From positions 54,860-118,859 of the forward strand of contig CAMDDO010000001.1 in assembly GCA_945892755.1 (NCBI GenBank): 64,000 nucleotides of DNA, given 5' to 3'. Each line of letters starts with the position of its first letter. The stretch's first letter is position 1. This DNA is from Rhizobium sp. Q54. Its GTDB lineage: Bacteria; Pseudomonadota; Alphaproteobacteria; UBA828. Below the pieces are notes generated by a model, which saw only the letters and a list, made by a program, of their open reading frames with translations, had not been told where the DNA came from and ran no database searches. Of this stretch, positions 51,795 through 61,350 are shown piece after piece. The position numbers were made by a program, and so were the translations under genes.

Positions 51795-51875
51795 CCCGTC
51801 ATCCCCCACGATTGATTCTTAGACCGCCGCGTCATGGCGCGACGCTTTGCACGCCGTCGCGCTAGCGGCCTCTGC

Positions 51876-53219
51876 TCAACTCCATGGGAACGGGCTGTTC
51901 GAGACCGGGTGGAGCCGACCCGCCGCGAAACGCGACTGCCGAAACGGCTCCATGAGCCCGCTCTTTTCGCCCAGAATTTCCTCGGCGGCGAGCTTGCCGA
52001 CCGCCATCATCTTGTAGCCGTGGTTGGAGTCCGCGATGACGTAGCAATTCTCGCGGAACACGTCGAACACCGGGAAGCTGTCGGGCGTGAACGCGCCAAT
52101 GCCGCCCGAAGGCTCCATGCGATATTTGCCCGACTGGCCTTCATAGCGCTTCTGGCAGAAGGCGAGCGCGGAGCACCACATATCGGCGAATTTCTCGTCG
52201 ACCACGAATTCGGGCGAGTCGACGCCATAGGGATCGATTGCGACCTGATCGGCCGGCCGCTCGACCTTCCAAGGCGAGGCCCCGCCCTGAATGCCGTTGA
52301 AGTTGAAATCGGGCTTATAGTAGATGCCCCAAAGCTTATCCGTGATCAGCCGCCCATCCAGATCGGAATGGAGCGGCGCGTCGGTATCGACGTGCATCAC
52401 GGGCGGCATGGCGCCATCATTGGTCAGACCATATTGGGGCTCGACGCCAAGAGTGCCCTCTTCCAGGCACCAGAAGGTCCACATCGGTACGTCACGGTGA
52501 ACCTTTCCGTCGCGGCCCTTCACCTCGATCGCATCGGGCAGGTCGAGCATCTTCCAAATGCGGGGGATCCAAGGCCCGGCGCCGACCACGACATGATCGG
52601 TCCGGATCGTTCCGCCGCTGGTCTCGACCGCGGTGATCGCGCCGGAATTGCTGCCGCTCTTGAAGCCGGTCACCTCGACCCCGGTGAGGATGCGAACGCC
52701 CGCCGCTTCGGCCTTGTCGGCCAAGCGATAGATCGAGGCGCGGTTATTGGCGTAGCCGCCCTTCTTCTCGTGCAGGACCGAGGTGATGCCCTTGGCCTGC
52801 CAATCGCTGAAGATGCCCTTCATGTAGGACGTGCACGCCGCTTCGCCCTCGATGAAGCTCGAGGTATAGCCGATATCCCGCTGTTCCCGGGCGATCTGGG
52901 CCACGTTCTCGTGCATGCTCTCGGGGCTGATCTGCATGTAGCCGACCGGGTGATAGCTATAGCCCTTGGCGTCGCTTTCCCATTCCGCGACGCATTCGGC
53001 CATCAGCGCACGCATGGCGGGCTGAAAATAGTTGTTGCGGATCACGCCGCAGGCGATGCCGGACGCGCCTGAGGCGATGCCGCCCTTGTCGAGCACGACG
53101 ATGTCCTGACCGGCGGTCTTGCCCTTGGCCTTGAGCTTGAGTGCGAGGTGATAGGCGGTGCTCAAGCCGTGAATGCCGGCGCCGATCACGACATATTTCG
53201 CTTGCGTGGGAAACGCCAT
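51876..53219 (-). CDS. FAD-dependent amine oxidoreductase (DAO/sarcosine oxidase beta-like); candidate NMG dehydrogenase
   Basis: VVIGAGIHG, GASGIACGVIRNNY, FTPDSFP, NHGYK, PFPWS. Confidence 0.8.
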   Translation of the reverse strand: MAFPTQAKYVVIGAGIHGLSTAYHLALKLKAKGKTAGQDIVVLDKGGIASGASGIACGVIRNNYFQPAMRALMAECVAEWESDAKGYSYHPVGYMQISPESMHENVAQIAREQRDIGYTSSFIEGEAACTSYMKGIFSDWQAKGITSVLHEKKGGYANNRASIYRLADKAEAAGVRILTGVEVTGFKSGSNSGAITAVETSGGTIRTDHVVVGAGPWIPRIWKMLDLPDAIEVKGRDGKVHRDVPMWTFWCLEEGTLGVEPQYGLTNDGAMPPVMHVDTDAPLHSDLDGRLITDKLWGIYYKPDFNFNGIQGGASPWKVERPADQVAIDPYGVDSPEFVVDEKFADMWCSALAFCQKRYEGQSGKYRMEPSGGIGAFTPDSFPVFDVFRENCYVIADSNHGYKMMAVGKLAAEEILGEKSGLMEPFRQSRFAAGRLHPVSNSPFPWS

Positions 53220-53402
53220 CTTCCGACCCGCCATCTGGCTCGTGGCGCCAAGACCGGCGCCTGATGAACGCAATAATAGGGTGAACCGCCCGAAATATGT
53301 CAAGCCAATTTGCGCCAATTGGTTCCGTGCGGTGTAATTTTCTGGCATTCTGCGTCGCAATGAATCAGAATGGCTAGTCCAATGTCAGGAAGGCGTCGCC
53401 CC

Positions 53403-54122
53403 ATGTCCGTCGCCGCAGAATTCCAAGTCGTGCCGCGCCCGATTTCGGGGCCGCTCGCCATCGCCGCCACGTTGCGCAATCGAATCGTCACCGGCACCTA
53501 TAGTTATGGCGAAAAAATGCCGACCGAACGCGCGATGGCGATCGCGTTCGGCACGTCGCGCGCGACGCTGCGCGAAGCGCTGCGGCTCTTGGAGCAGGGC
53601 GGTCTCATTCAACGAAAAGTGGGGTCGGGCACCTATGTGATCTACCAACCGGCAGGCGAGGCCGGCCAATCGAGCGAGGACGTCGCCGAAATCACCAGCC
53701 CCTTGGAGTTGGTCGATGCACGCACCGCGATCGAACCGCACATGGTGCGCTTGGCCGTGCTGAGCGTGACCTCGAAGGACATTGCCGGCCTCGAGGAAGC
53801 GGTTGCCGGCATGGCGGCCGCAGGCACCGACGCCGAGCGCTTCACCCACTGGGATCGCATCTTCCATCAGCGCATCGCCGATAGCACCCGTAACCCCCTG
53901 ATTGCCGCCCTCTACCGCCAGATCAATCACGTGCGCGGCCATACCCAGTGGCGCACCATCAAAAGCGCGGTGCTCACGAGCGAGCGCATGGCCCACTACA
54001 ACACGCTGCATCGCCAGATTTGCGAGGCGATTCGAGCGCACGATGCCGAGGCCGCGTGCCGCATCGTCGAGACGCACATGGACGAGGCGCGGAACGATCT
54101 TCTGCGCGGCGGCTCGCGCTGA
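53403..54122 (+). CDS. GntR-family, FadR-subfamily transcriptional regulator
   Basis: MPTER, SRATLREAL, GSGTYV HTH; FCD domain DARTAIE, DRIFH, H..I..AI; alternative start at 53370. Confidence 0.92.
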   Translation: MSVAAEFQVVPRPISGPLAIAATLRNRIVTGTYSYGEKMPTERAMAIAFGTSRATLREALRLLEQGGLIQRKVGSGTYVIYQPAGEAGQSSEDVAEITSPLELVDARTAIEPHMVRLAVLSVTSKDIAGLEEAVAGMAAAGTDAERFTHWDRIFHQRIADSTRNPLIAALYRQINHVRGHTQWRTIKSAVLTSERMAHYNTLHRQICEAIRAHDAEAACRIVETHMDEARNDLLRGGSR

Positions 54123-54311
54123 GGCGAACAACGCCCGAATCCGGGCGGCCGGGCGCGGCCGCGGCTATCCGTTCACGGCCACGATTTTCGATTTGACGAC
54201 GGATTCGCGGCGAATAGCGAAGCTCGGTCTTGCCGAGTGCACCCCATTTGCGCTTCCATCCCGACAATCAGCGCGGGGAAACCCGCAATAGCCCAACAGG
54301 GAGGGGAGCGC

Positions 54312-55070
54312 GTGAAGCTCAAAGGTAGAGTCGCCATCGTGACCGGCGGATCGCGCGGCATCGGCGCCGCGATTTGCCGACGCTTCGGCAAAGAGGGCGC
54401 CAAGGTCGCCGTGGTCGGCAACACGAACATGGCCAAGGCCAAGGCGGTCGCCGACGAAATCGTCAAGGCCGGTGGCATGGCCAAGGCCTTCAAGGCCGAT
54501 GTCTCGAAGCCAGCGCAATGCGAAAAGCTTGCCAAGGACGTCGCGAAAGCCTTGGGCGCGGTCGACATTCTGGTCAACAACGCCGGCATCTTTCTGTGGG
54601 CCTCGGTCGAGGAAACCACCGAGAAACTATGGGATGACCAGCACGATCTCAATTTGAAGGGCGCCTTCTTCATGACCAAGGCCGTGGTGCCGGGCATGAA
54701 GAAGAAACGCCATGGCAAGATCGTCAACGTGACCTCGATCGCCGGCGTCGGCGGCTTCCCTAATTCAGCGGCCTATTGCGCGACCAAGGGCGGCCTCGAA
54801 ATCATGACCAAGGCGCTTTGCCTCGAGCTCGCCAAATTCGGCATCAATGTGAATTCGGTCGCGCCCGGCAATATCAGGACCGACATGAACGCGCCTTTGC
54901 GCAAGGGTGACAAAGGCTATGACAAGCGCCAAGCTTCGCTGACGCCGTCCGGCATCGGTCATCTTGAGCCCGAGGACCTGACCGGCGCCGTGGTCTATTT
55001 TGCCTCGGACGACGCGCGGCAGACCCACGGGGCGACGCTCTTGGTTGATGGTGGTTGGGCAGCCTGGTGA
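54312..55070 (+). CDS. Short-chain dehydrogenase/reductase
   Basis: TGGSRGIG, NNAG, TS, YCATK, VDGG. Confidence 0.93.
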   Translation: MKLKGRVAIVTGGSRGIGAAICRRFGKEGAKVAVVGNTNMAKAKAVADEIVKAGGMAKAFKADVSKPAQCEKLAKDVAKALGAVDILVNNAGIFLWASVEETTEKLWDDQHDLNLKGAFFMTKAVVPGMKKKRHGKIVNVTSIAGVGGFPNSAAYCATKGGLEIMTKALCLELAKFGINVNSVAPGNIRTDMNAPLRKGDKGYDKRQASLTPSGIGHLEPEDLTGAVVYFASDDARQTHGATLLVDGGWAAW

Positions 55071-55140
55071 ACCGATGCGCGGCGCATTGGCGGTACCGCT
55101 TGCTGATTAGCCTGTTCGACAATGAGGGAGAGAGAACAAT

Positions 55141-56001
55141 ATGAAACCCGCGCCCTTTCGCTATGTGCGCGCCCGCTCGGTGGATGATGCCGTGGCGGCG
55201 CTGGCACGCGACCCCGAGGCGAAGCTGCTAGCCGGTGGCCAGAGCCTGATCGCCATGATGAATGTTCGAGCGGTCAAGCCCGAGACATTGGTCGACATCA
55301 ACGCGCTTTCGGCGCTCGACTATATCAAAGTCAAGGATGGCGGCATCGCGATCGGTGCGATGACGCGCCATGAAACGGTGAAGAGTTCGCCTTTGGTCGC
55401 AGAGCATTGCCCGCTCTTGGCCGAGGCCTATCACTGGATCGCGCATCGTGCGGTCAGGAACCGCGGCACCTATGGCGGCAATTTGTGCCACGCCGACCCG
55501 GCCTCGGAGAACCCGGCGGTTGCCTTGGTCACCGGCGCGACCATGGTGCTGAAAAGCGCCAAGGGCGAGCGCACCGTGGCGGCCGATGATTTCTTCAAAG
55601 GCGTCTACCAAACCGCGGCGAGGCACGACGAACTCCTCATCGAAGTGCGCATCCCCTCACGGCCCAAGGGCCAGGGCTGGGGCTTCATGGAAGTCAGCCC
55701 GCGCAAGGGCGATTTCGCGATGACCGCGGTGGTCTGCACGCTCGAGCTGGCCGGCGCCACGGTGAAGACGGCGCGCGTCGCCTATGCCGGCATCGCCGAT
55801 CGGGCGATGCGGTTCGCGCCCGTCGAAGCGGCGCTTACCGGCAAGCCGGCCAATGAGGCAACCTTTGCGGCCGCCGGCGCGGCGGCGCGCAAGGCGATCA
55901 ATCCGTCGTCGGATTTCCATGCCGACGAAGCCATGCGGCGCGACCTCGCGGAGACATTGACGCGCCGCGTGCTGGCCGCTGCCAAAGCGCGCTGCACCTG
56001 A
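55141..56001 (+). CDS. Mo-hydroxylase FAD subunit (CoxM-like)
   Basis: MKPAPF, LAGGQSL, RNRGTYGG..HADP. Confidence 0.92.
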   Translation: MKPAPFRYVRARSVDDAVAALARDPEAKLLAGGQSLIAMMNVRAVKPETLVDINALSALDYIKVKDGGIAIGAMTRHETVKSSPLVAEHCPLLAEAYHWIAHRAVRNRGTYGGNLCHADPASENPAVALVTGATMVLKSAKGERTVAADDFFKGVYQTAARHDELLIEVRIPSRPKGQGWGFMEVSPRKGDFAMTAVVCTLELAGATVKTARVAYAGIADRAMRFAPVEAALTGKPANEATFAAAGAAARKAINPSSDFHADEAMRRDLAETLTRRVLAAAKARCT

Positions 56002-56012
56002 GGGAGAAAAAA

Positions 56013-56492
56013 ATGAGCAACGAGAAAATCACGATCACGGTGAACGGCAAGCGCTATGACAAAGAGGTCGAGCCACGCCGCCTGCTGAGCGACTTCATTC
56101 GCGACGATCTGCGCCTGACCGGCACCCATGTCGGCTGCGAGCATGGCGTGTGCGGCTCGTGCACGGTTCTGATGAACGGCAAATCGGTGCGCTCCTGCCT
56201 GACCTTCGCGGTGATGGCCGATGGCGCCGAGATCATGACCATCGAAGGCCTTGGCACCGCCGAGAACATGCACCCGCTGCAAAAAGGCTTTTGGGAGAAG
56301 CACGGGCTCCAATGCGGTTTCTGCACGCCCGGCATGCTGATGACCGCGGTCGAGCTGCTGAAAGAGAAACCGCGACCGAGCGTCGATGAGATTCGCGAAG
56401 CCTTGTCGGGCAATCTCTGCCGCTGCACCGGTTATCAAACCATCGTCGAATCGATTCAGCGTGGCGCCGAGATCATGCAGGGAGGCAAATAA
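56013..56492 (+). CDS. Mo-hydroxylase 2x[2Fe-2S] subunit (CoxS-like)
   Basis: GCEHGVCGSCT, QCGFCTPG, NLCRCTGY. Confidence 0.95.
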   Translation: MSNEKITITVNGKRYDKEVEPRRLLSDFIRDDLRLTGTHVGCEHGVCGSCTVLMNGKSVRSCLTFAVMADGAEIMTIEGLGTAENMHPLQKGFWEKHGLQCGFCTPGMLMTAVELLKEKPRPSVDEIREALSGNLCRCTGYQTIVESIQRGAEIMQGGK

Positions 56493-58969
56493 TGGCTCAG
56501 AACCGCGGTCATATTCCGAAGAGCCGGCAGCGCGAGAAACCGCGCGAGGGGCTGAAATATATCGGCAAGAGCATGAAGCGGGTGGAAGACCCGCGCATCC
56601 TGACCGGGCGCGGCATCTATGCCGACGATATCAATCTGCCCGACATGGCGCATGTCGCGATCGTGCGGAGCTCCCACGCACACGCCCGCATCAAGCGCAT
56701 CGATACCTCGAAGGCTGAAAAGCTTCCGGGCGTGCTCGCCGTGCTAACCGGCGCGCAAGCCGCAGAGCTGACCGGGCCGCTGCCGACCTGGTCGAGCCCG
56801 CCGGTCTTTCAGCGGGTCATCGCGCACGAGAAGGTGCGTCATGTCGGAGAGGCGGTCGCGGCAGTCTGCGCCGAGAGCCGCTATATCGCGGAGGATGCTT
56901 GCGATTTGATCGAGGTCGAGTACGAGCCTCTGCCCATCGTGGTCGATCCCGAGGAGGCCCTGAAGTCGCGTGGCGATGCCGTGCTTCACCCCGACCATGG
57001 CGACACCAACCTCATCCTCGAAAGCAAATTCGATTTCGGCCCGGTCGCCGAGGATTTCGCGCGTGCCGATCATGTCGTCAAGCGGCGCCTCCGCTGGCCG
57101 CGCTCGGGCGGCACGCCGATGGAGACCAATGGCGCGACCGCCGTGTGGGATCCTGGCTCGCAGCGCTTCACCATCCACGCCAATACCTCAATGTATAATT
57201 TCGTCGGCTGGATGATCGCGGACACGCTGAAAGTTCCGCATCACAAGCTGAATATCGTGCCGACACTCGCCGGCGGCTCGTTCGGCGCCAAGCTGTTCCT
57301 CTATAAGCAGCCAGTGATGGCGGCGATGTTCGCGAAGCTCGTTGGACGGCCGGTGAAATATCTCGAGGACCGGCTCGATGCCTCTCTCAACAACGACGCC
57401 CACGCTTCCGACCGCGTCTATTATGTCGAGCTCGCCTGCAAGAAAGACGGCACGCTGCTCTCCTTCAAGCAGCGCATCATCGATGACTATGGCGCCTATT
57501 TCCAATACGGCGTCGGCCAGCACGGCAACGCACTCGCCCAAGTGGTCGGGGCCTATGCGATCAATTCGGTCGGCGTCCATGTGCAAGCCGTGCTGACCAA
57601 CAAGAATCAACAGGGCGCCTATCGCGGCTTCGGCTCCGAGGTGGCGAATTTCGTGATCGAGCGCTTGGTCGACGCGGCGGCGGACGAACTCAAGCTCGAC
57701 CGCATCGAAATTCGGCGAAAGAATTTCATCAAGAAGGATCAGTTCCCGTTCCTGATCCCGACCGGCAACATGTACGATTCGGGTGATTACGAGAAGGTAC
57801 TCGATGAGACGCTGAAACTGCTCGACTACAAGGGCTGGAAGAAGAAGGTCGAAGAAATGCGCAAGGCCGGCCGCTATGTCGGCATCGGCATCGCCTCGAC
57901 CCAGGAACGCAGCGTGTTTTCCTCGACCGAGTTCTGGATGTGGAATCTCGACGGCAAGATCGGCTGGACCTCATCGCCCGATTCGATGTCGCTCAAGATC
58001 GATCCGCGCGGGCGCATTTATGGCACGCTTCATTCGCCGTTTTGGGGCAACAGCCCCGAGACGGTGGCGACCCAAGTGATCGCCGAGCAGTTCCAGGTTG
58101 ATCCCTCGAACATCGAGATCACCTATTCGGATTCCGACAAGGGCCTGCATTCGACCGGGCCAGGCGGCAGCCGCTTCACGGTGATGGTGACTGGCGCGAT
58201 CGTCGGCGCGGCGGCAATCCTGAAGAAGAAGATTTTCAAGATCGCCGCGCACATGATGGAGGCCAATGCGGACGATCTCGAGCTGAGAGACGGCAATGTC
58301 GTGGTCAAGGGTGCTCCGGGCAAGAAGGTCTCGCTGCAAGACCTCGCCTTCCACGCCTATTATATGCGCCTCTCAATGCCCGACCCCGAAGATCCGGAGC
58401 TAACCAGCGGGCTCGATGCCACGTATGTCTACGATCACCCGGTGACCACATTGCCCGATCCGAAGCGCGAGCACATGGGCATTTTCTATCCGATCATGGG
58501 CCATATGTGTCATTCGATGGTGGTCGAGGTCGACCCCGAGACCGGGCAATTCAAGTTCCTCGATTATGCCTGCGTCCATGATTCGGGCGTCATGATCAAT
58601 CCGATGACGCTCGAAGGCCATATGCGTGGCGGCGTCGTGAACGGCATCGGCAGTGCCGCCAGCGAGCAGTATTTCTACGATAAGAACGGCCAGCCGACCA
58701 ACAACCTGTTCACCGATTACATTATCCCCTCGATCAGCGAATCGCCGGCCGACATGAAATGTGGCCATGTCGAAACACCCTCGCCCTTCACCGAATATGG
58801 CATCAAGGGCGGCGGCGAAGGCGGCCGCATGGGCACGCCGCCCGCGCTTGCGCAAGCAATCGAGGACGCGCTCAGTCCGTTCGGTATCAAGATCACCGAG
58901 CTGCCATTGACGCAAAACGTAATCCGCCGTCTGGTGCGCGAGGCCCAAGCCAAGAAGGCAGCGGATTGA
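56492..58969 (+). CDS. Xanthine-dehydrogenase-family molybdopterin subunit (CoxL-like, not form I CODH)
   Basis: RVEDPR, GGSFGAK, AYRGFG, YDSGDY, GGSR, INP, KGGGEGG. Confidence 0.9.
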   Translation: MAQNRGHIPKSRQREKPREGLKYIGKSMKRVEDPRILTGRGIYADDINLPDMAHVAIVRSSHAHARIKRIDTSKAEKLPGVLAVLTGAQAAELTGPLPTWSSPPVFQRVIAHEKVRHVGEAVAAVCAESRYIAEDACDLIEVEYEPLPIVVDPEEALKSRGDAVLHPDHGDTNLILESKFDFGPVAEDFARADHVVKRRLRWPRSGGTPMETNGATAVWDPGSQRFTIHANTSMYNFVGWMIADTLKVPHHKLNIVPTLAGGSFGAKLFLYKQPVMAAMFAKLVGRPVKYLEDRLDASLNNDAHASDRVYYVELACKKDGTLLSFKQRIIDDYGAYFQYGVGQHGNALAQVVGAYAINSVGVHVQAVLTNKNQQGAYRGFGSEVANFVIERLVDAAADELKLDRIEIRRKNFIKKDQFPFLIPTGNMYDSGDYEKVLDETLKLLDYKGWKKKVEEMRKAGRYVGIGIASTQERSVFSSTEFWMWNLDGKIGWTSSPDSMSLKIDPRGRIYGTLHSPFWGNSPETVATQVIAEQFQVDPSNIEITYSDSDKGLHSTGPGGSRFTVMVTGAIVGAAAILKKKIFKIAAHMMEANADDLELRDGNVVVKGAPGKKVSLQDLAFHAYYMRLSMPDPEDPELTSGLDATYVYDHPVTTLPDPKREHMGIFYPIMGHMCHSMVVEVDPETGQFKFLDYACVHDSGVMINPMTLEGHMRGGVVNGIGSAASEQYFYDKNGQPTNNLFTDYIIPSISESPADMKCGHVETPSPFTEYGIKGGGEGGRMGTPPALAQAIEDALSPFGIKITELPLTQNVIRRLVREAQAKKAAD

Positions 58970-59006
58970 TGCAGAAGCGGGCCGGCACGAGGCAGAGCGC
59001 ACGCGC

Positions 59007-59903
59007 GTGACCGGCCCGCTCTCTTCCATCGCGGCGGTTGAGGCCGGGCTCGCGGCGCATGGCTACGTCGCCGACCGGAGGCTCGCGACCGCGGTCTTTC
59101 TGGCGCTTGAAATAGGCAAGCCGCTGTTCCTCGAAGGTGAACCCGGCGTCGGCAAGACCGAGATCGCCAAGGCACTCTCCGCTCTTCTCAAGCGCCCCCT
59201 GATTCGCCTGCAATGCTATGAGGGCCTCGACGTTTCGACCGCGGTCTATGAGTGGGATTATGCGCGACAAATGCTCGCGATCCGGCTCATCGAGGCGATG
59301 GGCGAGGCCGACGAGGCGCGCGCGGAAGAGCGCATCTTCGCGCGCAAATATTTGCTGAAGCGCCCGCTGTTGGAAGCGGTCGAGCCGAGCGGCGGTCAGC
59401 CGGTCGTGCTCTTGATCGACGAGCTTGATCGGGCGGACGAGGAGTTCGAGGCCTTTTTGCTGGAATTCCTCTCGGAATACCAGATCAGCGTGCCCGAGAT
59501 CGGCACCATCAAGGCCGCGCGGCCACCCGTGGTGATCATCACGTCGAACCGCACGCGCGAGATTCACGACGCGCTGAAGCGCCGTTGCTATTACCAGTGG
59601 ATCGATTATCCAAGCTTCGAGAAGGAATGCGCGATCGTCAAAGCGCGCGCACCCAAGGCCTCCGCTGCGCTCACCGCCGAGGTCGTTCGCTTCGTCCAGG
59701 CGCTGCGCGCCGAAGACGTTTATAAGCGCCCTGGCGTCGCCGAAACGCTCGATTGGATGGCGGCGCTTGGCGCGCTCGACCGCGAGACATTGTCGGAAAG
59801 CGTGGTCGATGACACGCTCGGCGTGCTGCTGAAATATCGCGACGATGTCGCGCAGATCGAGGGCGCCGCGGTCAAGCGCTTGCTGCGCCGCCCGCATGGC
59901 TGA
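59007..59903 (+). CDS. MoxR AAA+ ATPase, CoxD-like
   Basis: GEPGVGKT, RLQCYEG, IDELDRAD, TSNRTRE, ALKRRC. Confidence 0.92.
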   Translation: MTGPLSSIAAVEAGLAAHGYVADRRLATAVFLALEIGKPLFLEGEPGVGKTEIAKALSALLKRPLIRLQCYEGLDVSTAVYEWDYARQMLAIRLIEAMGEADEARAEERIFARKYLLKRPLLEAVEPSGGQPVVLLIDELDRADEEFEAFLLEFLSEYQISVPEIGTIKAARPPVVIITSNRTREIHDALKRRCYYQWIDYPSFEKECAIVKARAPKASAALTAEVVRFVQALRAEDVYKRPGVAETLDWMAALGALDRETLSESVVDDTLGVLLKYRDDVAQIEGAAVKRLLRRPHG

Positions 59904-61155
59904 GGCGCCGGGCCATCTGCTCGACAATTTGATCCGCTTCGCCGAGATATTACGCGGTCTTGGCATCAGGGTGACGGCGCGGCAGATCGCCGAGCTCGGC
60001 CACGCCTTGACGCTGATCGACATTGTCGAGCGCGAGGACGTACGCGCGGCGGCCGGGACCATCTTTGTTCGGCGCAAAACTGATATCGCGTTGTTCGAGA
60101 TGGCGTTCGATCAATTCTTCCGTGATCCCGCGACGCGCTTCAAGAATCAGAGCCTGCCGCAGCGCTTCAGCGTCAATCGCCCGCCGGCCGCCAACGCAAC
60201 CGAAAGCGCGCTGACGCGGAGCGAGGCGGAATCGCAACAAGCCCAGACGACGAACGACGAGCGGAACGGGCCATCGCAGGGCCTTGGCGTCGCCGAGGCC
60301 GAAGGCGCTCAAGGCGGCGATGAGGCGGAGGAAATGACGCTCGCGAGCTATAGCCCCTCGGCGTCGCTCCGCCACAAGGACTTTGCCGAGATGAGCCAGT
60401 CCGAGCTCGACGCGGTGAAGCGGTTTTTGCGTGATCGCCATTTCGATTTCGCCGGCCGTATTACGCGCCGCCTCCGGCGCGCTGGGCGCGGGCCGAGGCT
60501 CGACATGCGGCGTATGCTGAAAAGCGAAGCGAACACAGCGCTTCAACCGCCGACGCTTCGCTTCCGTGCCAAAAAGCTGAAGCCACGTCCGATCGTCGTG
60601 TTGTGCGATGTCTCGGGCTCGATGGAGCCCTATGCGCGCATCTTGCTGGCGTTCGTCTATGCGCTGACGCACGAGGCGCGGCGCGTGGAAGCCTTTGCCT
60701 TTTCAACCGAGCTCAGCCGCATCACGCGCGCCTTGAAGGAGCGCGAGATCGACGGTGCGCTGCGCCATGCTGCCGCGACGATCCATGATTTTGCCGGCGG
60801 CACGCGCATCGGCGCGGCGCTAAAGAATTTCAATTTCGATTGGGCGCGGCGCGTGCTGGGCGGCGGCTCGATCGTATTGATCATTTCCGATGGCTGGGAT
60901 CGCGGCGATACCGAGCTTCTGGCGCGCGAAATGGAACGGCTGAATCTGTCGTGCCACGCTTTGGTTTGGCTCAACCCCTTGGCCGGCATGGCGGGCTTCG
61001 AGCCGCTCACCAAGGGGCTTTTGGCCGCGCTACCTTTCGTCGATCACTTTCTGCCGATCCACAATCTCGACAGTCTGGAGAAGCTCGCCCGGCTCCTCAC
61101 CGTGCTCGACTCGCCCCTTCCCCTCCGCCGCGCCGTGCGGCTGAGAGCGGCGTGA
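59896..61155 (+). CDS. VWA-domain protein, CoxE-like
   Basis: CDVSGSM MIDAS, FST, GGTRIG, ISDGWD, WLNP. Confidence 0.92.
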   Translation: MAEAPGHLLDNLIRFAEILRGLGIRVTARQIAELGHALTLIDIVEREDVRAAAGTIFVRRKTDIALFEMAFDQFFRDPATRFKNQSLPQRFSVNRPPAANATESALTRSEAESQQAQTTNDERNGPSQGLGVAEAEGAQGGDEAEEMTLASYSPSASLRHKDFAEMSQSELDAVKRFLRDRHFDFAGRITRRLRRAGRGPRLDMRRMLKSEANTALQPPTLRFRAKKLKPRPIVVLCDVSGSMEPYARILLAFVYALTHEARRVEAFAFSTELSRITRALKEREIDGALRHAAATIHDFAGGTRIGAALKNFNFDWARRVLGGGSIVLIISDGWDRGDTELLAREMERLNLSCHALVWLNPLAGMAGFEPLTKGLLAALPFVDHFLPIHNLDSLEKLARLLTVLDSPLPLRRAVRLRAA

Positions 61156-61171
61156 CGGCATGCCGTCCCTT

Positions 61172-61332
61172 GGTCGTGGCCGGGCTTGACCCGGCCATCC
61201 ATCGCGATGCGGGCACGAGCGTCGAAAGACAAGCACCACAAAGGCACAAAGCCACAAAGGAGACGCCTCTTTGTGTCTCTGTGCCTTTGTGGTGAATAAG
61301 CCTGGATGCCCCGGTCAAGCCGGGGCATGACG
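61172..61332. repeat. Inverted pair of REP-like palindromes enclosing a long CACAAAG-repeat hairpin
   Basis: GGTCGTGGCCGGGCTTGACCCGGCCATCCA ... CTGGATGCCCCGGTCAAGCCGGGGCATGACG; inner hairpin at 61234-61294. Confidence 0.8.
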
Positions 61333-61350
61333 AATATGAGAAAGGCACGC

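Noticed and set aside
55141-58969. Aerobic CO dehydrogenase
   Set aside because: The large subunit lacks AYXCSFR and its Cu-binding Cys.
61172-61332. CRISPR mini-array
   Set aside because: Repeats are inverted or short tandem units without unique spacers, and there are no cas genes.
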